Shown here: positions 54,031-64,000 of the stretch, one piece after another
How the letters are laid out: each line of letters opens with the position of its first letter
Numbering within the stretch: the first letter of the stretch is position 1
Assembly: GCF_009914755.1 (NCBI RefSeq)
Contig: NC_060938.1
DNA length: 64,000 bases
Strand: one strand, 5' to 3'
From: the human T2T-CHM13v2.0 reference genome, Homo sapiens
Notes under the pieces: model-generated
Seen by the model: only the letters and a program-made list of their open reading frames with translations
The model's database searches: none
Told to the model about the DNA's origin: nothing
Made by a program: the position numbers and the translations under genes

Positions 54031-57000
54031 TTTTAAAATCCCATTTTACTATTTTTATTTAAATCTTTTATCTATTTTATGTTCTCAGAAATATCAGTTT
54101 ATGTATCACAGTGACATCTACCACCCAGGAATCTAGTTGATGAAGTTTGTATCAGTCAAACAAACTTCATTTTCTCCCAGTTCTTTACCAGGGAAGCCCG
54201 GGCCACACGTTGGGGATTGAGATGGAGAAGGCTGCTCATCTCTTGGTAAGGGTAGGTTGGTCTTGGGAGGTAGAAGGTTTTCGCTTTAGGAAAGCTGGCG
54301 CAGGTGAGCAGGAGGACACGTCATTGTGAATTTATTACCAAGCTATCCTTTTCCCTTGAGCAAGGCTTTAGCATTTTTAATCTATGATGGTTCACATTTG
54401 CCAAGTGTCTCTTTTTCTTGTTTCATTTTGCGGCTCCCAGTTGGAAGGAAAAGTTCATCCCATGGCTTATTTGAAAAGGAGCAAGTGAAGAGAGGTGATG
54501 TGTAGATGACCACCCTTCTTTGCCTTTTTGGGGGGTAGGTGCCTTTGTTCACACAGCTGTTCTCGTGCTGTGGAGAAACTGCCACAGAATCAGAAAAACA
54601 GACACAAATTATCTGCCACGATGCATTTTCTTTTCATGCTAATTTTCCCTGTTGGAAACTTAGTGTATATAAATGCAAGGTTGCTCATAGCTGTTTTAGA
54701 CCCTGCACCCTATGTTTCTATTCAATGGAGTTAAAACAAACAAAACTTTAATAATTAAGAATTAGAGAAACAGCACCAGTAGTTTTTGTTTCCCTTGGTA
54801 GACTTCAGTATCTAAAACTGACAAAACAGGTAAGTTCCTGGAGTGCTGCAATGTAAGGTAATTATGTATCTCACTCTTTTCAAACACACTGAAGTCTAGG
54901 CAGTGCCAGTGAGCACATCAGGGTGGCACCAGACTGATCCCCAGCAGAGAAACAATCAGGTCTAGCAGAACATTCAGCTGTAGGGCCAGGAAAGAAAAGC
55001 TGACATCCAGATGCCAGTGCTTTGGAAATCTTCTCTGGAGTTGCACATATGGGTCCTGCATCTGCTCGGGTTATGTCACTAGTCAGCGTCCAAATTGACA
55101 CAGCTACCATGGCATGAAGAGACAGAGGCACAGCTAGATGTCTGGGTCTTTCTGCTAAGACAGCTGTCAAAATCACTGACGCTGGCCTTATGAAAGCTAA
55201 TTTTCAGAAGCCCAATCCGGGTACTATGAGTGAAAGGTTTTGAGTATACACATTGACTTATTTGTGAAAGTTGATTGTAGGAAGGAAGTTGTAGTGATGA
55301 GGAATGTATACGTACAGATAAGTGTGTGTGCACTTGAACACATCTGTAATTGAGAATTTTTTTTTTTTTTGACCAATGTAGTAGTGCTCAGGGAAAGTTA
55401 GGACCAAATAATTTTAGATGGTGATTTACATCAGTGCAGTATACTCTTGATATATTTATTCTATCATGGAGATTTGGCTAACAAATTTAATAGGGACAAT
55501 AAACTGTTTTCTACCCTTTTACATGAAAAAAGGGACAGAGACACAAGTCTATGAACTATGAGTATTTGCCTTTCAGTAAGTACTTTTTTATCTCATCAAA
55601 ATGGCCCCAATGTCAAGGAGAATGATTCAGCACAAACAATTCACCATTTCATCTCTTTCATTCCACAGAATCCTTCTTAAAGAGAGTGAGTAGATTTATC
55701 TCTTGTTATTATCTCCAGCAAGTATCTGAAACAGCAATGACCAATGGGCAGATGTATGTACTGGGGTCCAATTTATGTATCCACTTTCAGTTTCAATCTT
55801 TTTTTTTTTAATGTAGCCTTCTATCTTTATTGAAATCATCAGTTCCTAATGGATAACAAGTTAGGTAGAGGAGAAAAGAAAGATTCGTGATGTTTGTTCT
55901 TTTTTATTTTTCTCAGTATTGGGAACCCATTTATCAACAGTTTTGGAGGCTCAGAAGTTTCCAAAAGTTGCTGTATTTCTTGAATTTTATCATTATAATA
56001 GATTTCTATTAAATTATAAAAACATTTACAAAGCTTTAAACATTGTTACGGAAGTTCACAGATTTTGCAAGGTAATGCCTAACAGTGATTGACGTTAATG
56101 AGAATCAGGTGGGCGTCTTCATGCTGTTCATAACTATGTATTCCAATTTCTCTTTTGCAACTAGATGATCTAGCATCGAAAGTATAGGCTCTTAGCATTA
56201 ATGACATTTCTAGGTCATTCTTAAATGGTTTCTGTCAGTTTGGGATGTGGCCAAGGCTGTGGTATTCCTCTTGATCTAAGGGAGGAAGTCAGAGTTGATT
56301 TAGTCAGCCCCTTGATCCTAATGTTGAGGCATTTACATTGAAATGAAGGAACCCACATGGGACCAGGACTTTAAGTCACCTACCTCTCAAGTTAGGACAG
56401 GGGCCTTCATAATTTTGACTTTGATACCACCCAAATTTTTACACATTTATATTCCTTTTGCACCCTGAGTTTAGTCTGTTCAATGTCAGATGAGTAATAA
56501 TCATTTTAAGCTACCTCAGTGTTGTCAGCCCCTCAGGGGAATGGCTGGCCACACTTCCACAGAGGCAGCTTGGGTATTCGAGGTTGGATGTTGGGGTGGC
56601 ACTGGGCCCTAGTGAAGAAAAATTCCTCTCCTCCAACTCCATCCCCCAATGCTGGCAAGACTCAGAAGCCCGGAGCTTAGCCAGGGAGAACCTTTATGCT
56701 GCTGTTCAGCCACAGTATTCAGTTACCCATTTTTTTGGCCTAAATACCCGTTACTTCTGTTACTTTGATGGAAGATTTTCCCAGGATATTACATGCACTT
56801 TGGGAGGCCATCAAAGCAGGTTCCTGTCCTTATTCACCTCACACATCCAGATGTAGAAATTTAACAGGTAGGGGGCTGCCTGCACTTATCCTTAAGTCCC
56901 ACAGAGAGGGCAGGAGAAGGACAGAGCTGTGGAAAACGGGCAATGCCAGGGTAAGGCCTTCCAGTCCCCGGAATAAAAGATTGGAGTGGTGGTAGGTCTC

Positions 57001-57049
57001 ATATCACAAGGGCCTCTCAGTGAAATAATGGTTTGTTTATTATGCCCTA

Positions 57050-57930
57050 AATTGAATACTAATTCATCAAATATTGATTTATGTAATTATTTACTGAGTC
57101 CTGGACCCTACAATTAGATGCTGCAAATACCAACAAATAGTCACAGTCTTTGTTCTTGTAGATTTCTTCAGTCAGGCTAAGGAAGCAGATATAGAAATAA
57201 ATAAATGTGATAATATCTACTAGAAGCTAAACTAGTCATGGTAGAGTCAAAGAGTGAAGGAAGCCTCTAAGGAGAAGGCTTGAATTCTACCTTGTAGAAT
57301 GAGAGGAGGTGCCATAGGGGTGTGACCTTGAGTAGGACCTTCACTGGTGAATGTGGTTTTACCAAGTAAAGATGGATAGACACACCCCAGGAGAAGTGAA
57401 TGGCATGATCAATGCACAGGGCTTTGCAAGGGTATAGGAAGTGGCCCTGTGTGAATGCAGTGAAGGAGCTGTAGAAAAGTTGGCATTGGCATGATATTCA
57501 TTCTAATTCAAAAAGTATTTTTGAGTGCTTATTCTGTGCCAGCATGGAGCTATTAACAAGTAAAACATCCCCTGCCTTCAAGAAACACAAAGAAGTAGAG
57601 GGGGTGCAGATATTCCCAGAGTGATTTCAGCATGATGGGCAGGAGGTGAGTATAGAGAGAATGTCAGTCTTGTTGAGGTCAAATGCCAGTGCTTAGGATT
57701 TGGGCTTTACCCCCAGGGAAATAGGCACTCGTGAAAAAAAAATTAATTTGGAAATATGATTGGGATTTCTGTGGCAGGTGAATGGGGGCGGGGGGCAGAA
57801 ATAGACTCTGAAGGCAAGAGGAAGAACCAGGTAGTGGTTGTGATAGTTGTGGGGAAAGGTTATATTAAGTTATATTAAGTTATAACTTGAGGCTCGAGCT
57901 GGGCGTTCTAGTGAGATTGCAATGGAGAAG
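57050..57930 (-). mobile_element. L2 fragments, antisense
   Basis: attcatcaaatatt...; ttcaaaaagtatttttgagtgcttattctgtgccag. Confidence 0.65.
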
Positions 57931-57974
57931 GAGCTGAGACATGTTTCAGAAAACAAAAGCAAAATGTATTATAT

Positions 57975-58230
57975 TCTTCTTTCCAGATTGGGAAACTAAA
58001 ACTTAGAAAAGCTAAGGAACTTATTCAAATTTACAGAGATAGGAAATGATAGAACCTGAATATGAACCTAGCAATCTGTTCCCGATACTGCTTCATGGCA
58101 GTGGTTAAGAGACTTTCCATTGTGCCTATTTCATAGGAGTGACACGTGAATTAAGTAATATAATCCACGTAAAGCCCTGTGGATTGTGCCTAGCAAATAG
58201 TAAGGGCTTCATACTTGATAACTTCACTGC
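57975..58230. mobile_element. Two MIR fragments in opposite orientation
   Basis: cagattgggaaactaaaacttaga (-); gtaaagcc...gtgcctagcaaatagtaag (+). Confidence 0.6.
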
Positions 58231-60471
58231 TATTTTCATCATTATCGCTATTAACATGTTGTTCCCTTCTCACCTTTGTGGCGTGCACTACCTCTAGGTA
58301 TGCTATAGACTCTCAAGCTTTACAGAGGCAATAAAAGGCACTGTTCCTACAGAAGGCACTGTGAGTATTCCAAAAAGATTGGTATCTTGGCATTCTGTGA
58401 GATATATCACACACTCTTGGCAAGACTTTCTAAGGAGGTAAATAACAATAGTACTTCAAAACAAGTAAACGATCATTATTAAATCATTTGAACTATACAA
58501 GTGTTAGCCATTTGGAACAATTATGTCAGGAAGTTTTCATCATCGCGACTGCTTTGTTTTGGAAATTATATATGTTTCCTTTAAGGTATTTTTAATAATG
58601 ACAAAGTCATTTCTTTTAAGATCTGTTTGAAACCAGCTTTACCATGGGGAAAACATAAATTGCTGTGAGAACACAATCAGGATAATTCACTAGTCTTCCT
58701 AATCACCCTCAAAATATTTATGTTATTAGAAACAGAACTCTATTAAATATTATGTTCAACCTCCTAAGTGGTAGAACTAGACACTTAGGTTTTATCCTTT
58801 CCTTCAGTATAGTCATTTACAAAGTGACACTAATGCAGCTCTCATATATTAAAGGGCTTGAGTGAGTTTAGCGGGGGCTGTTGCTTGAGGTTGAAGCCAC
58901 AATCTTAATTTTATTGAATAAATTTTTAGTACACCATTAACATGAAACAGAGGATAAATTCATCTTTATTATTTTTCATCTTGAGAAAATTATCTTAAAA
59001 TTTGTTTTTTAATTTTATAGCTAAAATGTGATTAGCTTTCTTTTATAAAACAACAAATTTTCAGATTTTTACAAATCAAACACAAATTATTTTTGAATGA
59101 GGAATGTTGTTCCTCTCTTTATGTGTGTTCATATTAAGTGCTGGTAAAATTCCATTATGTTTTGACTTGAACATTAAATATTACCTTGAATATACACTCC
59201 CCAGCAGTCGCATTCTGATAGTGACATACTGTACTGTTTGAAGGGTGTCATATGGTCATCTGTCAGCCGAATGTTGTTCCATGGAAAGAATTTTATTCTT
59301 CAGATGTCATCTAGAATGATTTGTGTTAAAAAAAGAGAAATACAGAAGTATTCACAGAATCTGTATGTGAGGAAATTAGAGATGGGAAGGATTGTGCTAA
59401 GGATACTGGAAAGAGATTCATTCTTTAAGAATACAATTGCTTTGTAAGAAAGGTGAAAATGGTTATATTTGTGAGTATTTTTCATTTGATATGATTGTAT
59501 TTTATAGCAGAAAAGAGAATACTTTTTTTCAGAACTTTTGGAACCTAGGTCTCCTTGTCTTTTGTCATAAAGACAGTGGTGAAAACAAGTTTCTTGGTAG
59601 TAATAGGAGAGAAAGAGTGCTGCCTCCCTGCCAAAAACAGCAGTCTGAGAGAAAGGTAGAAGATGATGGCTTACTATATCAGGGCCTACGGTGATAGAGA
59701 AAAGAAGAACGTGTTCTTGCTTCAGAATAATTTAGCAGTCAATATTTCTATCAGCAATATTTCTTTCAGCAGGAATTAAGATGCTGGCCCTTATCCAAAG
59801 ACACCTCATCCCCCTATTACATTATAGATCTGATCCAGCTGTGGCTGCTTCTGTAGAGAGAGATGAGGGCAGGTCTAATAGCCAATTTGTAGAGTGTACT
59901 GCACCAAGTATATGGACGATGGATGTTTCCCATCTAAATGCATTTTCCTTCCTTTAATCTTTGCCTGGACTATACCTAGGATTTTGTGGATGCTCTTAAG
60001 TTCCCATCTTTAAAATGTGGGGAAAAGTATGCATCTGTGCTTGTGTGTTACATTGCACTTTTAGGGTCTAGAATCTATAGTTATATTAAGAAAAGAGATA
60101 CTTGTGTATTTTTTATTTTATTACCATGTTTCATTCCTGAACAGTCTCAAAATTAAAATAGGTGTATCCTGCCCATGTTTGATAATTTAGAAACTTCAGT
60201 TCTGTCTTTTGAAAAAAAAATTAATAAGGCATGCTCTGTCCTGTACTTTCTTTTACAAATGTGTACCTTGGAACATTGCAGATTTTGTCCTTTAGGTATC
60301 CTAACTATTTGTATTATGTATCCCTTTGAACTACTGATGTCCATCAAGGTAACAATAAGGGGAATGCCAAGGCACAGAAGTCTGAAATAGTGTAAAACAA
60401 AAACAAATAATCAAATATTAAGAGACAATAATAGACATTTAAACAAAAATCCTCATTCTTTGGCCCATATC

Positions 60472-60775
<304 letters not shown>

Positions 60776-61559
60776 TTGGCCCATATCTTAATTCACTACC
60801 AACGTTACTGATTTTATATTTCATTCAGGCTCAGCCTATCTCAAAAACCTCTTTAATTTTTGATTAAGAGGAAGAGAGAAAGAGAGGTAGAGAGGGAGAA
60901 AGAAATGGAGTGGTGAAAGAGAGAGTGTGTGTGAACAATGTTTTTTTCAGGGATGAGAAGATATTGTGTTGAAGTTTTTATGATCAGAAATAGAAAACGC
61001 ACAAAGTGAGGCCAATGGTAATAACCTTGTAGTTAATCCTACTGGACACCATGTTATTCTTCTTGGCGTTTCCAGAACTTCAGAGACATGCTCACCCTTG
61101 GGTATATTGATGACAGACAGTAAAAGGTCTTAGATCAAACTCCCAGATATACTTAATTTCTAACATACGATGATTTAAAAATGACTAATCGAATTGCAAA
61201 TGAGTAAGAGAATGGTATTGATGAAGATAATCCCCTTACTGAATAAATATATTTCCTAATAAATCAGCAACAGAAACATTTCTGGAGCTGGATTTTCAGA
61301 TGATAGTTGACATTTTTAGTTTAAAGAAAATGGGTTAAAATGACTAAAATTTCTATGAAGTCATATATTGTAAAAGTTAGTTTGACTAATAAAACAGAAG
61401 GATTATCTCAGTAGTTAAAGGACATGTGGGCATCATCCCTCTTGTCACATATTCTACTTTTTATAGACATAAAATGTAGTTTATTTTTGCCGCCCTTAAA
61501 ATTACCCCTGGATTGTAACATGTATTCATTAAACAAATATAAGCCAGAAGGAAAGGAAA

Positions 61560-61750
61560 GAATTAATATTTATTGAGCATTTATCACATGCTTTACAACT
61601 GATTTCTTTACATTCACAACCTCCCAATGAAATAGCTATTAGTATTCCTACTTTATAGATAATAGAAAAAAGTCTTAAGGTCACCTAGCTAGTAAATGAT
61701 GAATATAGGATCTGTACCTAGGTCTGTCGGATGCCAGTGACTATGCTTTT
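61560..61750 (-). mobile_element. MIR SINE
   Basis: atatttattgagcattta...aaggtcacctagctagtaaatg...ctaggtctgtc. Confidence 0.75.
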
Positions 61751-62859
61751 CTAAAATTGACATATAAATTTTAATGTAATCAAAATAATGCAGTAGTAGC
61801 TTAAGAAGAAAAGTACTGACGCTCGGAGTTCAAGTAGGAATTTATCAACATAAGACTTGAATTAATATTATGCTTTTTTGAAATTAGTGCATCATTCTTT
61901 TGTGTTCAGTTATGACTATTTCCATATTTCCAAAAGAAGTCTGGAAATCCCCTGAAAGCTAACAGATGAAATGGTGTTATGGTGTGGTGTTTGAGTAGTG
62001 TCTATCAGAACAAATACAGATTTTACACATCACCGCTCGTGTTACCCTTACTCCAGTTGAATTTTGCCCTCTACACAGTATTTTTCCTTCCTGTCCTCTC
62101 CCTCTTTTCCTCCAGTGTTTTTTCTTCCTCTGCTATCCCATGTCTTCCCATTCATAAAATGTGAACTTGGTTAACAGCAGAGGTGATCCTCTCATGGCCA
62201 TGGCTATGGACTGTGATCTGCTGAGCAACTACAGGAAATAATGTTTGCTGGGGTGAGCTCTTCCCATAGACATAAAATTTACCCCCATGACCCTCTTTTG
62301 TGATACTGCTGAGAAATTTTTCTCTCTCTAGAACATATTTTTCAAATACTTGTTCAAACTAAATATGCTTATTTTCTAAATTGTTTTCTACTAAATGATG
62401 TGACAACATTTTGTACCTGTTGAGGGAAGTGAGGGGTGGGACACTAATGGCTAATTAGCAGGATAATAAAGTGTGCTTGTATCAAGAGATTTACTTAATT
62501 TGGGGAGCATTGTTAAGCCATTGAAATGATATTTGTTAAGCTGTGGTCACCGTATTTGCTGATAGTTTTTTATAAGGTGGGTGGAATTCCTTACGAACAC
62601 AGTTAAAGGAATAAGGATGTACTACAAAAACAGGTGCCACTGATTCACATTTTTATGGATGGTGTACATTAGACAAGGAGAGTCATTACTCACAACTATG
62701 CACTACTTCATGCATGTTTCCTTGGAGCGCTTGCTCCATTTCTTAGGTCCGGAGCCTCCTGCTTCCAGGTTTTTCCACTTCAGCTGGCCGCCACCAGTTA
62801 CATGTATTTTAGGCATATACTCTTCCTTCACTGTTCCCAAAAAAGGTCGGGGGAGAGGA

Positions 62860-63560
62860 AACTTTAATTACTCATGTAACAAACTGAAATAGAGTTAATT
62901 TCCAGGGTTGCAGCTGAATTATTAGAGATTACTGTGTTATAAATGGCAAAAGAAGGGCCCCTTGCTTGTGTGGTAATGCTGTCAGGGACCCCGCGGCTGT
63001 TGGCTCAGTTCATGATATATGATACTGCTAGCATTTCAGTGCTCTCAGGGGATCTCTGGTCCTACCATAAGGTCAAGAGTTAACTACTTGTATTTTAGCT
63101 GTGTACTGCTATCAATATTGCTCCTATGGAAACCTCACTTGACGTCATTTTTGAATCTTTGCGACTATAGTCAAGCTTTAGTAAAAGTCAATAAGGACAT
63201 TAGACTGTTGTCTATATTATTACTTGCCACTTCCTGCCAGCAATCTACCAATTCATTAGCAGAGAGTTTTGGAACTCTCGCTTGATTATTTATGCAGTCA
63301 ATAGCAAGGCTTGTCTGCATTCATAATTGTTTGATTTTATGGCCTCTTCTTTAAACAAACATTGTCTATGGTAATGTGATGCCCTGATGGATGGGAAAGG
63401 TTTTGTCTGTGAATATCATTTAGATAATTAAAAATGACAGATGAAATCGCCTGCTGTCTTGACCTGTACTTTGTTCCCTCAGTGATGCTGAAGAGATGCT
63501 GATTGCTGTCAATCAAAACCCATTGGAGGTTTGTAAATTCTGGCTGCTGTGAACTCTGAC
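62860..63560. promoter_or_regulatory. Candidate developmental enhancer
   Basis: Repeat-free; CRE TGACGTCA at 63140, PBX-MEIS/PREP decamer at 63506-63515 (- strand), TAAT and SOX-like cores. Confidence 0.4.
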
Positions 63561-64000
63561 CCCCACTGTTGATCTGAAATAGATAATAACCTTGAAATTC
63601 TATTAGAATTTAAAAACAGTTTTACTAAAGGGGCACGGTATATATTTCTTTTCCTCCTAGAACACAGTTACTTAATATCACTCTTTACAATATCCAGAAT
63701 TAAGGTAAAATATAGTGCTTAGCAAAGCTTAACGTATCAAATGAGCAAAGATCTTATTCTATAATCCCCAAAACCTGATGAGAATTTATAGCCCCTGGCT
63801 TGTCCTATTCAGCAAAACTTCAGCTTTTGCTGCTTCACTGATTGTTAATAGCTAGAACTTTTTTAGCTAATTTTTACTAATTTTGTTGTTCAATGAATTA
63901 TTTTCATGTTAGCAGGATCTACATGTATCATTTTTCCATATTTATCCTAAACATTTTAAAAATGCTGTTTTCCCAGACCAAAAGAAATATAACAATTAGA

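Noticed and set aside
57859-57886. Short tandem duplications (gttatattaa repeats; also near 30177, 53658, 59740)
   Set aside because: Ordinary slippage duplications; no spacers, so not CRISPR-like.

Overview
Human (primate) genomic DNA, AT-rich and almost entirely intronic. One coding exon is recognisable: an 83-nt + strand exon at 36479-36561 encoding (V)[27 protein letters not shown]. From recall this matches the bHLH-to-PAS-A linker of NPAS3 (chr14q13), canonical exon 4, so the window covers the end of the upstream intron and the start of the downstream one. The rest is Alu, L1, L2, L3/CR1, MIR, LTR and DNA-transposon relics, (TG)n microsatellites, and repeat-free blocks rich in neural transcription-factor motifs. 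None of the supplied >=60 aa ORFs is a credible gene; the real exon is too short to appear in that track. No RNA gene, CRISPR array or prokaryotic system was seen. Best leads: a UG-repeat-flanked cryptic poison exon 3.1 kb upstream of the exon (TDP-43-type architecture), a tandem 3' splice site, a double-octamer POU module, a possible internal TATA promoter, and an L1 with a twin-priming inversion inside nested elements. Repeat subfamilies and boundaries were called by eye and are approximate.
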